Shown here piece after piece: positions 1 to 10,412 of a DNA stretch of 64,000 nt. The notes below the pieces were generated by a model. It saw nothing but the letters and a program-made list of their open reading frames with translations. It had not been told where the DNA came from and ran no database searches. The stretch comes from an uncultured Gemmatimonadales bacterium (GTDB taxonomy: Bacteria > Gemmatimonadota > Gemmatimonadetes > Longimicrobiales > RSA9). Where the stretch lies: contig CAWAMW010000011.1 in the NCBI GenBank assembly GCA_963783305.1, forward strand, positions 96,001 through 160,000. The letters are read 5' to 3'. Numbering within the stretch: position 1 is the first letter of the stretch; every line of letters begins with the position of its first letter. The translations under genes and the position numbers were made by a program.

Positions 1-1
1 G

Positions 2-322
2 GAGGCGGGCGGGACGGAGATCGAGCCGCTGGAGGTGCCCGAGGGAGCGCGGGCCCTGCTGGAGGAGCTACGGGGGGAGAAGACGGAGGTATCGGACCCG
101 GACCGGAACTTCTGGGAGCAGGTGGGGCAGATCCGGCTGCGGTCGCAGCTGGATCGGTGGGAGGAGCTCAACGAGCTCCTGAAGCGGGCGGAGGAGCCGG
201 ACAGGATGGCGCTGTACAAGGAGTTGACGGCGCTGAAGAAGGAGTTGAAGGGTCAGTCGTCGCAGCTGGAAAAGCTCGGGTCGAAGACCGTGAACCGGTT
301 TCGCCGGCATCTGAAACGCTGA
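2..322 (+). CDS. 3' end of a gene truncated by the window edge; possibly DNA primase C-terminal region
   Basis: Frame open from position 2 to TGA 322; helical charged C-terminus; identity inferred only from context. Confidence 0.35.
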   Translation, partial: EAGGTEIEPLEVPEGARALLEELRGEKTEVSDPDRNFWEQVGQIRLRSQLDRWEELNELLKRAEEPDRMALYKELTALKKELKGQSSQLEKLGSKTVNRFRRHLKR

Positions 323-341
323 GGGAGCCAAGAGGAGGATA

Positions 342-1049
342 ATGCAGGAGACTTACCAGGCACTGCTCGATCTTCAGGATCTGGACGAAAAGGTTTCGCA
401 GGCGCGGGAGCAGGTGCGGCAGTTCGAGCCGCAGCTGGAGGAAATCGAGGCGCCGCTGGAGGCCGCCGAGTCGGATGTGGGGTCGGTCCGCAAACGGCTG
501 GACGAGATGAAGGCCGACGTGCGCCGACTGGAGCGTGGAGCGGACGACAAGCGGGCGCAGCTGGCGAAGTACGAGGCTCGCCTGGAGCGGGTGCGAAACG
601 CCCGGGAGGAGGCGGCCGCGAAGGCCGAGATCGACCTGATCTCGAAGGCCGTGGAGGCGGACGAGTCCGATTACATCAACCTCGCGGACCAGATCAAGCG
701 GACCGAGCTGAAGCTGGACGAGCTCGAGAAGAACCTGGAGGCGCTGAAGGAAGACGCGGCGCCGCGCCGCACGGATCTCCTGGCGAAGAAGGACGAGGCC
801 GAGTCGCAGCTCAAGGTGCTGGCGGACCAGCGGCAGAACAAGCTGGTGCGGCTGAACGAGCCGGCGGCCCGGCTGTACGAGAGGATCCGTGGCGGCAAGA
901 CGCGCGTCGCACTCGCCGAGCTCACCCCTGATGGCGCGTGCGGCCACTGCTTCAGCATGATCCCGATCCAGGAGCGCAACGAGATCAAGCGAAAGGCGGC
1001 GCTCCACCGCTGTGAGGCGTGCGGCGTCATCCTGTACGCCGGGGAGTGA
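342..1049 (+). CDS. Coiled-coil protein with C4-type zinc ribbon (CT398/DUF164-like)
   Basis: Long coiled coil then CGHC...CEAC; GGAGG SD upstream. Confidence 0.85.
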   Translation: MQETYQALLDLQDLDEKVSQAREQVRQFEPQLEEIEAPLEAAESDVGSVRKRLDEMKADVRRLERGADDKRAQLAKYEARLERVRNAREEAAAKAEIDLISKAVEADESDYINLADQIKRTELKLDELEKNLEALKEDAAPRRTDLLAKKDEAESQLKVLADQRQNKLVRLNEPAARLYERIRGGKTRVALAELTPDGACGHCFSMIPIQERNEIKRKAALHRCEACGVILYAGE

Positions 1050-1088
1050 GGCCGCGTTGACCGCAGGTCCGCGGCCTTTCGCCGTTAC

Positions 1089-2825
1089 GTGAAGACGGTA
1101 CCGCCCCTGGCCCGCCGATGGATCGCGGCGGCGGCTCCGTCGGCGGAGGCGGTAGGGCGGCTGCACGCCGAGTTGCGCCTGCCTGAGCCGCTGTGCCGGC
1201 TCCTGGCCGCCCGTGGCTACGACACCCCGAGCTCCGCCCGCGCGTTTCTCCGCCCTTCCATCGACCTCCTGCACGACCCCGGCCTCCTGGCCGACATGGG
1301 CCCCGCGGTGGCACGTATCCGTGCCGCCATCGACGCCGGCGAGACCATCCTCGTCCATGGCGACTACAATGTGGATGGCATGTGCGCCACCGCCCTCTAC
1401 ACGCGCGCGCTGCGCCGCATGGGAGCCCGCGTGGTCCCGTTCGTCCCGCACCGGATGCGCGATGGATACGACCTCGGGCCGGGCGGAATCCGCCGCGCGG
1501 CGGAGGTCGAGGCCGGGCTCATCCTCACGGCCGACTGTGGCATTGTCGCCCATGAGGCCGTGGCCGCGGCCGCGCAGGTGGGTATGGACGTGATCGTCAC
1601 GGACCACCACTCGCCCGCCGCATCGCTGCCGCCCGCCGTGGCGGTGGTGAACCCGCGGCGCGCGGACTGTGGCTATCCCGACCCGTCGCTCTCAGGGACC
1701 GGCGTAGCGTTCAAGGTGGTCCTCGCGCTGGCGCGATCGTTCGGCCGCCCGGACGAGGAGACGCTCTACTACCTCGACCTGGTGGCGCTGGCCACGGTGG
1801 CGGACGTGATGCCGCTTCGGGGCGAGAACCGGGTCATGACGCGCTACGGACTGCGTGTGCTGGCGGAGACACGCAACGACGGGCTGCGTGCGCTGGTCCG
1901 GAGCGCCGGTCTCGAAGGGAAGACGCTCGGCGCCGGGCACCTGAGCCACGGGTTGGCGCCGCGCCTGAACGCCGTCGGTCGACTGGACGACGCGGGGCAG
2001 GGACTCCGTCTGCTGCTGGCCGGGGCCGAAGAGGAGCCCATCGATGCCGACGCGCTGGCCGCCGAGCTCGAGACGGTGAATGCCCGAAGGAAGGCCGTGG
2101 ATCGGGAGATCCTGGAGCAGGCGCTGGAGCTCCTTTCCGAGTACGACCCCGCCCGCGACCGCGGTGTGGTGCTCGCCCGGCAGGGCTGGCACCCCGGTGT
2201 CATCGGGATCGTGGCTTCCCGGGTAGTGGAGCGGATCCATCGGCCCACGGTTCTCATCTCTCTCCCCACCGACGGGGGCCTCGCCCGCGGCAGTGCGCGT
2301 TCGATCTCCGGCTTCGACCTGCTGGACGCCATCCGGTCATGCGGCGACCACCTGGAGCGGTTTGGCGGCCATCGCGCGGCGGCAGGATTCGACATCCGGC
2401 CGGACCGGATCGAGGCGTTTCGTGCGGCGTTCGCGACGGCGTCGCGGGAGCGGCTCGAGGACGCGCCGGTCCCGGAGCTCCGGATCGATGTGGACCTCCC
2501 GCTGGCAGAGGTCACGCCGGATCTCGTCCGCTACATGGTGCACGCCGGCCCATTCGGGATGGGCAACCCGACGCCCGTCTTCGCCTTCCGCGGAGTGCGC
2601 GCGGCGGCCGTACGGACCGTGGGCTCCAAGGGCGCGCACCTGAAGCTCCGGATCGTGGACGGGGATGCAACGCTGGACGGGATCGGATTCCGGATGACGG
2701 AGACACACGGCGCGCTGGCGCGGTCCGGCGAGCCGCTGGATGTGGCCGCGCGGCTCGAGGAGGATAGCTGGAACGGGCGCAGTCGCCTGCAGGCGAAGCT
2801 CGTGGACCTGCGACCGGCCCGCTGA
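1089..2825 (+). CDS. recJ: Single-stranded-DNA-specific exonuclease RecJ
   Basis: HGDYNVDG, TADCG, TDHH, LATVAD, PRLNAVGR, GSARS, FGGH, PFGMGNP motifs. Confidence 0.95.
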   Translation: MKTVPPLARRWIAAAAPSAEAVGRLHAELRLPEPLCRLLAARGYDTPSSARAFLRPSIDLLHDPGLLADMGPAVARIRAAIDAGETILVHGDYNVDGMCATALYTRALRRMGARVVPFVPHRMRDGYDLGPGGIRRAAEVEAGLILTADCGIVAHEAVAAAAQVGMDVIVTDHHSPAASLPPAVAVVNPRRADCGYPDPSLSGTGVAFKVVLALARSFGRPDEETLYYLDLVALATVADVMPLRGENRVMTRYGLRVLAETRNDGLRALVRSAGLEGKTLGAGHLSHGLAPRLNAVGRLDDAGQGLRLLLAGAEEEPIDADALAAELETVNARRKAVDREILEQALELLSEYDPARDRGVVLARQGWHPGVIGIVASRVVERIHRPTVLISLPTDGGLARGSARSISGFDLLDAIRSCGDHLERFGGHRAAAGFDIRPDRIEAFRAAFATASRERLEDAPVPELRIDVDLPLAEVTPDLVRYMVHAGPFGMGNPTPVFAFRGVRAAAVRTVGSKGAHLKLRIVDGDATLDGIGFRMTETHGALARSGEPLDVAARLEEDSWNGRSRLQAKLVDLRPAR

Positions 2826-3352
2826 TGCGCATCATCGCCGGCCGCTGGCGCGGCCACGGGATCCAGGCGCCACCGGACGACCGCACCCGCCCCACCACCG
2901 ACCGGGTCCGTGAAGCGTGGATGAGCATGATGCAGTCCGCCATCCCGGGCGCCCGGGTGCTGGACCTCTTCGCCGGGTCGGGAGGACTCGGCCTCGAGGC
3001 CCTCTCCAGGGGTGCCCGGCACGCGACCTTCGTGGAGAAGGGCGGCCGCGCCCTCAGGACGCTGCGCTCGAACATCCAGAAGCTGGAGGCGGCGGCCGAG
3101 ACCACCGTCGTCCGTGGCGACGCGCTGGAGTTCGCCGAGAAGGTCGAGCGAGGCGAGTACGAGATTGTCCTGGCCGATCCTCCCTATGACTCCGGTGCCG
3201 CCGAATCGCTGGCGCGCCTCTTTCTCCGCCGGCCCTTCGCCGACATGCTGTGGGTCGAGCATCGCGTGTCCGACGTGCTGCCGGAGGCCGAGGGCTCCGA
3301 GACCCGGCGCTACGGCGACACCCTCATCACCTACTACCTGGCCCCCCAATGA
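2825..3352 (+). CDS. rsmD: 16S rRNA m2G966 methyltransferase
   Basis: MRIIAG, TRPTTDRVRE, LDLFAGSG, DPPY. Confidence 0.95.
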   Translation: MRIIAGRWRGHGIQAPPDDRTRPTTDRVREAWMSMMQSAIPGARVLDLFAGSGGLGLEALSRGARHATFVEKGGRALRTLRSNIQKLEAAAETTVVRGDALEFAEKVERGEYEIVLADPPYDSGAAESLARLFLRRPFADMLWVEHRVSDVLPEAEGSETRRYGDTLITYYLAPQ

Positions 3353-3852
3353 CCAAGCCACGCCACTCCGCCGCCATCTACCCCGGCTCTTTCGACCCGA
3401 TCACGCGCGGGCACGAGGACATCGTGCGCCGGACGCTCACGTTCTGCGAGCGCGTGACCGTGGCGGTCGGGCACCGGGCCACGCAGCCGAAGGCCGGGCT
3501 CTTCAGCATTGAGGAGCGCGTGGCCATGATCGAGCATGTCTTCGCGGACGAGGAGCGGGTCGAGGTGGCCGCGTTCAGCGGGCTCCTCGTCGATTTCGCG
3601 AGTGAGCGGGACATCCACCTCATCGTCCGCGGTCTGCGGGCCGTCTCCGACTTCGAGTACGAGTTCCAGATGGCCCTCATGAACCGCAACCTGAACTCTG
3701 ACATCGAGACGCTGTTTCTGGCGCCCGACGCACAGTACTCCTACCTGTCCGCTTCACTGGTCCGCGAGATCGCGGCGCTGGACGGGGATGTGAGTAACTT
3801 CGTGACGCCGCACGTCCAGGCGCAGCTCACTGAGAAGCTGAAACCAACATGA
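3349..3852 (+). CDS. coaD: Pantetheine-phosphate adenylyltransferase
   Basis: [27 protein letters not shown] 3349 overlaps rsmD stop. Confidence 0.95.
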   Translation: MTKPRHSAAIYPGSFDPITRGHEDIVRRTLTFCERVTVAVGHRATQPKAGLFSIEERVAMIEHVFADEERVEVAAFSGLLVDFASERDIHLIVRGLRAVSDFEYEFQMALMNRNLNSDIETLFLAPDAQYSYLSASLVREIAALDGDVSNFVTPHVQAQLTEKLKPT

Positions 3853-4850
3853 GCGCTTTTCTGGATAGCATTGCGGAGCGCGCCCGGGCGAACCCGCGGC
3901 GCATCGTATTTCCCGAGGGTCACGATCCTCGCACCATCGCTGCGGCCGTACAGCTCCGGAACGAGGAGCGGGTGGTGCCGCTCGTGCTCGGCCCGGCGGA
4001 GGCCGTGGGGGCCGCGCTGTCGGAGGCCGGCGCACCCTCCGACATCGAGGTCTACGACCCGGCGACGGACAGCCGCCACGACGCCTTCGTCGCCACCCTC
4101 CTCGAGCTCCGCAGGGACCGAGGGCTGACCGAGGACGAGGCGGCGCGATGGGCGCGCGACCCCCTCATCTTCGGCGCGCTCATGGTGCGCGCCGGCGAGG
4201 CTGCGGGTTCCGTGGCCGGCGCGGATCACCCTACCGGCGACATCATCCGGGCGGCCATCCGTTGCGTCGGGCTCCAGCCCGGGATCGCTACGGTCTCGTC
4301 CACCTTCTACATGGTGTGTCGTCCGTTCCGCGGCGGCGCGGCGGAGGAGGAGGTCCTCTCGTTCACCGATGGCGCCGTGGTTCCCGATCCGGACGCCCGT
4401 CAGCTCGCCGATATCGCCCGTGCCTCGGCCGAGGCGCGCCGGAAGATCGTGGGGGATGAGCCGGTGGTGGCCTTCCTCTCATTCTCCACGAAGGGGAGCG
4501 CCGACCACGAGCGGGTGGACAAGGTCCGGCAGGCCCTCGCGTACTTCCGGGAGGCGGAGCCGGACGTGCGCGCGGATGGCGAGATGCAGGTGGACGCGGC
4601 GCTGATCCCGGAGATCGGCCGGAGCAAGGCCCCGGGGTCGCCGGTCGCGGGTGAGGCGAACGTGCTGGTGTTCCCGGACCTGGACGCGGGCAACATCGCG
4701 TACAAGCTGGTGCAGCGGCTGGCGGGCGCAGAGGCCATCGGACCGCTGCTCCAGGGTCTGGCCCGCCCGTGCAATGACCTGTCGAGGGGTGCCACCGCCG
4801 CCGACATCGTCGCGGTGGCCAGTCTCACGGCATTGCAGGCGGGGTCCTGA
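3849..4850 (+). CDS. pta: Phosphate acetyltransferase
   Basis: [47 protein letters not shown]. Confidence 0.93.
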   Translation: MSAFLDSIAERARANPRRIVFPEGHDPRTIAAAVQLRNEERVVPLVLGPAEAVGAALSEAGAPSDIEVYDPATDSRHDAFVATLLELRRDRGLTEDEAARWARDPLIFGALMVRAGEAAGSVAGADHPTGDIIRAAIRCVGLQPGIATVSSTFYMVCRPFRGGAAEEEVLSFTDGAVVPDPDARQLADIARASAEARRKIVGDEPVVAFLSFSTKGSADHERVDKVRQALAYFREAEPDVRADGEMQVDAALIPEIGRSKAPGSPVAGEANVLVFPDLDAGNIAYKLVQRLAGAEAIGPLLQGLARPCNDLSRGATAADIVAVASLTALQAGS

Positions 4851-4912
4851 GGCGGCACTTTTCTTGCCCCACCAGCGACGGGATACTCAACCAAACGAGA
4901 GAGAGAGGCACG

Positions 4913-5245
4913 ATGGGCTTCGAAGTGACGAAGCAGGACGATGTGACCATCCTGGACGTGGAAGGCCAGCTGATCGTAGGCAACCGACAGGAGCTGAAGC
5001 AGAAGGTGCTCGAAGAGCTGGAGAACGGGGAGCGGAAGTTCCTGATCGACTTCGACCGCACCGGCTACATCGATTCGTCGGGCCTCGGCGTGCTGGTCAG
5101 CCTGTCGAAGAAGATCCGGGAGCAGGGGGGTGAGCTCCGGCTCGCGAACCTGAACGAGGATCTTCGCACGCTCTTCGAGCTCACCAAGCTCGACACACTG
5201 TTCCAGATCTCCAACAGCCGGGACGAAGCGCTCTCGTCCCTCTGA
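4913..5245 (+). CDS. STAS anti-sigma-factor antagonist (RsbV/SpoIIAA-like)
   Basis: YIDSSGLGVL phospho-Ser motif, 110 aa. Confidence 0.92.
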   Translation: MGFEVTKQDDVTILDVEGQLIVGNRQELKQKVLEELENGERKFLIDFDRTGYIDSSGLGVLVSLSKKIREQGGELRLANLNEDLRTLFELTKLDTLFQISNSRDEALSSL

Positions 5246-5320
5246 CCTACCGTGGCGGCGGGCGGCCCGGTTACGTTTGTACCGGCCCACCCCCACGCGC
5301 GTTAGGAGATCTGGAAGCCT

Positions 5321-5758
5321 ATGGAGTCCCGACACGTACTGGAGCTCCCGAACGACCTGGGCGCCATCGAGCGCAGCGTGGACTACCTCCTCGACCGCTG
5401 CCGTGATGCCGGGTTCGACGAGAGCCGTCTGCGGCTGAACTTCAGGGTGGGCGTCGCCGAGGCGCTCGCCAACGCCATGATGTACGGCAACAGCCGCGAC
5501 CCCGCGAAACACGTCAAGCTGGAGGCGTGGTGCGCGCCGGAGCGTGTCCGTATCCGCATCACCGACCAGGGCAGCGGCTTCGACCCCGCGGATCTCCCCG
5601 ACCCCACCTTGCCGCAGAACCTGAACCGGTCACGGGGCCGCGGCGTTTTCCTGATCCGCGAGCTGATGGACGAGGTGGCCTTCAACGACCAGGGCAATTC
5701 CGTGGACATGGTCCTATTCGCGCACCAGCCGGAGAACGGACGCGAGGCCGCTTCATGA
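5321..5758 (+). CDS. Anti-sigma factor Ser/Thr kinase (RsbW/SpoIIAB-like)
   Basis: EALANA, DQGSGFD, GRGVFLIRELMDEV. Confidence 0.9.
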   Translation: MESRHVLELPNDLGAIERSVDYLLDRCRDAGFDESRLRLNFRVGVAEALANAMMYGNSRDPAKHVKLEAWCAPERVRIRITDQGSGFDPADLPDPTLPQNLNRSRGRGVFLIRELMDEVAFNDQGNSVDMVLFAHQPENGREAAS

Positions 5759-7335
5759 CGGAGGTGCTGAGCACAGACCTTCCCCGGCTGCCGGAGCCCG
5801 TCGCCCGGCTCCTGGACGGGTACGGGATCTCCCGGCCGGACACGCGGGTACGGCTGTGGAGCCTGCAGCCCAGCGGTGAGTGGCTCTGCCTCTATCCGGA
5901 GACTTTTGGCTCGCCCGATGGCCCGGCCACCGGCGCGCGCGGTCGCCTCGACAGCACGGCCCACGGGAGCCTCGAGGTCGAGCTGGACGGGCCTGATGGC
6001 GAGCGCGAGGTGGGCTTCCTGGTATCGGTTCTCGACCAGCTGCTGGCGCACGAGAAGGAGGCGCGCTCGGCCGCCCACGAGCTGAGCGAGCGGTACGAGG
6101 AGATCAACCTTCTCTACTCCATCTCCGAGATCCTGGCGTCCTTCCTCTCGATGGAGAAGGCGACCACGCGAATCATGGAGGAGGTCACCGACGTCCTCGG
6201 GGCGCGGCGCGGCGCCCTGTGGGTGGCGGAGCAGGCGACGAACCGGCTGGTGCTGGCCGCCGCGGTGGGGGACGAGGGTCTGGACGGCCCCATCGACATC
6301 GACGAGGAGTCATCGGTGACGGCGCGGGTGTACCGCGAGCGGCAGCCCATCAACCTGGAGTGGGGAGACCAGCTCCCGCAGAGCACGCTGCGCGAGCCGC
6401 GTCCTCACGGGGAGGAGCCGTACCTGTCGGTGCCCGTCAACTACACGCCGCCCGACGGCGACAGCCGCACCGTGGGTGTGATCACGCTGGTGGGTCGCCG
6501 CACGGATGTCCGCTTCAGCGCGGGCGATCTCCGGCTCCTTACCGCCATCGCCAGCCAGGTGGCCGCGGCGCTGGAGACGCAGCGTCTGGTGAAGGAGAGC
6601 CTGCGCCGGGAGCGGGTGGAGCGCGAGCTCGAGCTGGCCCACGACCTCCAGCTCAAGCTGCTGCCCGACGCGGGCCGCTTCGGGCCGGGTGACCGCCTGG
6701 CGGCACGCTGCCTTCCCGCCGACTCCGTGGGAGGGGACCTCTACCACCTGTTCGACCTTTCGGACGGACGTCTCGGGGTGGTGATCGCGGATGTCTCGAG
6801 CCATGGCTTCTCGGCCGCGCTCATCATGGCGCTGACCATGAGCGCCATCGCCATTTACGCCCAGGAGGCGGATCAGCCGGGCGAGGTGCTCCGGAAGCTC
6901 CACCAGTCGCTGATCGACGAGCTCGAGTCCACGGAGATGTACATGACCATCCTCTTCGCCGTGCTCGATCCCGGCGCCGGGGAGATCGTCTACGCCAACG
7001 CGGGGCATCCCCACGCGTTCGTGGTGGGGGAGGGGGGTGCGGTGGACCGGCTGGGCGCCACCAGCCCGCCGCTCGGCACCTTCACGTTCCCGGAGTACGG
7101 CCAGCGGCGGGTGCCGATTCGATCGGGCGACCTGGTGCTCCTGTTCACCGACGGGCTCTCCGACGCCTTTTCCGGGGAAGCGGGGATCACGGGCGAGCAA
7201 CAGCTCCTGGCCGAAGTGATCGCGCTCCGCGAACAGACGCCGTTGGCGATCATGGATCACATCTTCGGCGCGGCGGGAACCGGCCAGAACCACGTGCCGC
7301 CGGATGATCGCACGGCCGTCATCCTCCGGAGCTGA
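5755..7335 (+). CDS. GAF + PP2C/SpoIIE phosphatase (RsbU-like)
   Basis: GAF domain; VGGDLY, IADVSSHG, YANAGH, LFTDG, DDRT; ATG overlaps upstream stop. Confidence 0.9.
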   Translation: MTEVLSTDLPRLPEPVARLLDGYGISRPDTRVRLWSLQPSGEWLCLYPETFGSPDGPATGARGRLDSTAHGSLEVELDGPDGEREVGFLVSVLDQLLAHEKEARSAAHELSERYEEINLLYSISEILASFLSMEKATTRIMEEVTDVLGARRGALWVAEQATNRLVLAAAVGDEGLDGPIDIDEESSVTARVYRERQPINLEWGDQLPQSTLREPRPHGEEPYLSVPVNYTPPDGDSRTVGVITLVGRRTDVRFSAGDLRLLTAIASQVAAALETQRLVKESLRRERVERELELAHDLQLKLLPDAGRFGPGDRLAARCLPADSVGGDLYHLFDLSDGRLGVVIADVSSHGFSAALIMALTMSAIAIYAQEADQPGEVLRKLHQSLIDELESTEMYMTILFAVLDPGAGEIVYANAGHPHAFVVGEGGAVDRLGATSPPLGTFTFPEYGQRRVPIRSGDLVLLFTDGLSDAFSGEAGITGEQQLLAEVIALREQTPLAIMDHIFGAAGTGQNHVPPDDRTAVILRS

Positions 7336-7342
7336 CCCCGCC

Positions 7343-8155
7343 GTGCGGGCGCGCGCCAAACGGTCGCTGGGCCAGAACTTCCTCGTGGATCCCAACCTCC
7401 AGCGAAAGATCGTGGAGGCCGTGGCGATCGTGCCGGGGGATACCGTGGTGGAGATCGGGCCGGGGCAGGGTGCGCTGACGGGGCACCTGGCGGAGCAGGC
7501 TGATCGTCTCGTGGCCGTGGAGCTCGACCACGTGCTGGCGGAGGCTCTTTCGGCCCGCTACCCCGAAAAGAGCGGCGTGCGTATCGTTCATCACGACATC
7601 CTGGACTGGGACCCGTCGGAGATCCTCTTGCGGTCGCCGGTCAAGGTCGTCGGCAACATCCCCTACAACATCACCTCGCCGATCCTCTTCCGCCTCATGG
7701 AATGGCGGCCCCGGCCGGAGCGCGTGGTGGTCATGGTCCAGAAGGAGGTGGCCGAGCGGCTCCAGGCCCCGCCCGGCGAGAAGGCGTACGGCGCACTCAC
7801 CGTGGGGATCCGGGCGGTCGCCGAGGTGGAGAAGCTCTTCGATGTGGGGCGGCAGGCGTTCCGGCCCGTGCCGAACGTGGACTCGTCCGTGATCCGGCTG
7901 CGTCCGCGGGACGGAGCGCGGAGTCCAGCAGAGGCGGAGGAGCTCCGCGCGCTGACGCGGGCCGCGTTCGGAATGCGTCGCAAGCAGCTGCAGAAGATCC
8001 TCCGGACCGCACCCGGATACGGTCTCGATCCGGAGGGTGCGGAGGCAGTGCTGGAGGGCGTGGGTGTGCGGCCGACGGACCGGCCGGAGGTGCTGGATCC
8101 GGAGACGTTCGTCGAGCTGGCGGCTGCTCTGGGACGACTGGGATACCCTCGATAG
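7343..8155 (+). CDS. rsmA: 16S rRNA dimethyladenosine transferase
   Basis: KRSLGQNFL, EIGPGQG, GNIPYNI, MVQKEVA; start GTG 7343 or ATG 7304. Confidence 0.95.
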   Translation: MRARAKRSLGQNFLVDPNLQRKIVEAVAIVPGDTVVEIGPGQGALTGHLAEQADRLVAVELDHVLAEALSARYPEKSGVRIVHHDILDWDPSEILLRSPVKVVGNIPYNITSPILFRLMEWRPRPERVVVMVQKEVAERLQAPPGEKAYGALTVGIRAVAEVEKLFDVGRQAFRPVPNVDSSVIRLRPRDGARSPAEAEELRALTRAAFGMRRKQLQKILRTAPGYGLDPEGAEAVLEGVGVRPTDRPEVLDPETFVELAAALGRLGYPR

Positions 8156-8166
8156 AAAGAGGTCGT

Positions 8167-9519
8167 GTGAGCGCGGACGGCGGCATCCTGCGAACCCTCG
8201 GGCTGCACCGGCGCGAGCTCCGCAGCTGGGCCATGTACGACTGGGCCAACTCGGCGTTCGCCACCACCATCATGGCGGCCGTCCTGCCCATCTACTATGT
8301 GCAGGTGGCCGGCTCGACGCTGCCGTCGAACGTCGCTCTCTCGTACTGGGCGTACACGGCGGCCATCGCCCTCTTCCTCATCGTCGTGGCCTCGCCCATC
8401 CTCGGCGCCATGGCCGACTACCTGGGGGCGAAGAAGAAGTTCCTGGCCGGGTTCCTGGCCCTCGGCGTGGCCGCCACCTTCGGCCTCAGCTTCGTCCAGA
8501 CCGGTGACTGGACCCTCGCGTCCCTCCTGTTCATTCTCGGGAACATCGGCTTCACGGGCTCCATCATCTTCTACTCGTCTCTGCTCCCCCACATCGCCAG
8601 CGATGACGAGCTCGACAGCGTGGCCACCGGCGGCTGGGCCGTCGGGTACGTGGGTGGGGGTCTGCTCCTGATCATCAACGCGGCCATGATCATCCGCCCC
8701 GACTGGTTCGGCCTCGCCGACGAGGGCGCCGCTTCACGCGCCACATTCGTCTCGGTCGCGCTCTGGTGGGCGCTGTTCTCGATCCCGCTCTTTCGCAATG
8801 TGGCGGAGCCGCCCCGGCGCATCGACGCCGCGGAGATCGGGCTGAATCTGAGCCCCGTCCGGATCGGGTTCCGCCGCCTGTCCGCCACGCTGCACGAGAT
8901 CCGACAGTATCGGCAGCTGGCGATCTTCCTCGCCGCCTTCTTCTTCTACAGCGATGGCATCGGGACCATCATCAAGATGGCCGCGGCCTACGGCAGCCAG
9001 ATCGGACTGGGCACCGCGGCGCTCATCGGTGCGCTCCTGGTCGTGCAGTTCGTGGGTGTGCCGTTCACCTTCGCCTTCGGCGCGCTTGCCGGCCGGATCG
9101 GGCCGAAGCGCGGAATACTGCTGGCTCTCGTCGTGTATTCCGCTATCTCGATTTTCGGCTACTTCGTCACCGAGGCGTGGCACTTCTGGGTGCTGGCGAT
9201 CGCGGTGGGCATGGTGCAGGGCGGCGCGCAGGCATTGAGCCGGGGTCTGTTCGCGTCCATGATTCCCCGGACCAGGTCGTCGCAGTTCTTCTCCTTCTAC
9301 AGCGTGTTCGAGAAGATGGCGGGCATCCTCGGACCGGTGGTGTTCGGTGTGGCCAGTCAGATCACGGGGACCGGTCGCATCGGGATCCTGGCGGTCATCG
9401 TGTTCTTCATTGCGGGCATCGTGCTGCTGAACCGCGTGGACGTGGATGAGGGACGTCGCGTGGCTCGCGCCGAGGATGCCGCCACGGAGGCGGCCGCCCT
9501 GGCCGCTACGGGAGCCTGA
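8167..9519 (+). CDS. MFS transporter (UMF1/Atg22-like)
   Basis: SWAMYDWANSAF N-terminal motif, about 12 hydrophobic segments; start estimated. Confidence 0.88.
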   Translation: MSADGGILRTLGLHRRELRSWAMYDWANSAFATTIMAAVLPIYYVQVAGSTLPSNVALSYWAYTAAIALFLIVVASPILGAMADYLGAKKKFLAGFLALGVAATFGLSFVQTGDWTLASLLFILGNIGFTGSIIFYSSLLPHIASDDELDSVATGGWAVGYVGGGLLLIINAAMIIRPDWFGLADEGAASRATFVSVALWWALFSIPLFRNVAEPPRRIDAAEIGLNLSPVRIGFRRLSATLHEIRQYRQLAIFLAAFFFYSDGIGTIIKMAAAYGSQIGLGTAALIGALLVVQFVGVPFTFAFGALAGRIGPKRGILLALVVYSAISIFGYFVTEAWHFWVLAIAVGMVQGGAQALSRGLFASMIPRTRSSQFFSFYSVFEKMAGILGPVVFGVASQITGTGRIGILAVIVFFIAGIVLLNRVDVDEGRRVARAEDAATEAAALAATGA

Positions 9520-9521
9520 CG

Positions 9522-10343
9522 GTGCCGCCCTCTGCGCTGCTCGTCGTGCTGGCAGCCGCCCTGGCGGCCGCCCTCGTCGCCGCATCCCTATTCGGATGGC
9601 TCTGGTTGCGCGAGCGTCGGCGCATCGTCGCGGTGGAAGAACGGGCACGGCAGCTGAGCGCGGATCTCGCCGAGGCCAGAACCGCTCGCGAGACCTTCTT
9701 CGACCTGGCCACCCACGAACTGCGCTCCCCGCTCACCGTGATCCTCGGCTACCAGGAGCTTCTCGAGGACGGCGCGTACGGCCCACTCGACGAGAACGCC
9801 GCGGACGCAGTGGAGCGCGTGGGACGCTCCGCGCACCACCTCCTGAACCTCATTGACGGCGTGGTGGAGCTCAGCCGGATCCGGTCCGGGACCGTCCGGC
9901 CCGATCTCGAGGACGTGAACCTGGGCGTGCTCTTCGCGTCCGTGGCCGACGCCTTCCGCACCCACACCAGCGACCGCGGACTCGAGGCACGCGTCCAGCT
10001 GCCGCCGTCGCTCCCCACCGTTCGCTCGGACCAGGGCCGTCTCGTGCGCGCCCTCGACCTCCTGGTCACCTCCGCGGTGAAGAACCCGGCCGACACCTGC
10101 CTCGGGCTCGAGGTCTCCGAGATCCCGGGCGGCGCCACCGCCCGCATCACCGGCACACGAATCCCCGTCCTCCACGAGATCGGCGCCCTAGAGCTCCAGC
10201 TGGGGATCCGCGTCGCCGTGGCCGACGCCATCGCGCGCGTCCTCGGCGGAGCCCTCGACCTGGAAAAGGACGAGGCCGGGGCGGTTCGGACCCTCTCTTT
10301 CCGGGTCCAGGCGTTCCGGCCGGGTCCCCTCGAGCGGCTTTGA
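9522..10343 (+). CDS. Membrane-anchored histidine-kinase-like protein with degenerate ATPase domain
   Basis: N-terminal TM, H-box THELRSPL; N-box Asn and G1/G2 boxes not recognisable. Confidence 0.7.
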   Translation: MPPSALLVVLAAALAAALVAASLFGWLWLRERRRIVAVEERARQLSADLAEARTARETFFDLATHELRSPLTVILGYQELLEDGAYGPLDENAADAVERVGRSAHHLLNLIDGVVELSRIRSGTVRPDLEDVNLGVLFASVADAFRTHTSDRGLEARVQLPPSLPTVRSDQGRLVRALDLLVTSAVKNPADTCLGLEVSEIPGGATARITGTRIPVLHEIGALELQLGIRVAVADAIARVLGGALDLEKDEAGAVRTLSFRVQAFRPGPLERL

Positions 10344-10368
10344 CGGCTATGGGGCCGACCCGTACTTT
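10340..10368 (+). promoter_or_regulatory. Sigma70-type promoter of rex
   Basis: TTGACG-17 bp-TACTTT. Confidence 0.7.
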
Positions 10369-10369
10369 C

Positions 10370-10387
10370 TTGTGAACGGGTTCACAA
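10370..10387. promoter_or_regulatory. Rex operator
   Basis: TTGTGAA-CGGG-TTCACAA, exact match to the Rex consensus, directly upstream of rex. Confidence 0.92.
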
Positions 10388-10412
10388 ACTATTCCGCACC
10401 GCAGTTCCCTAC

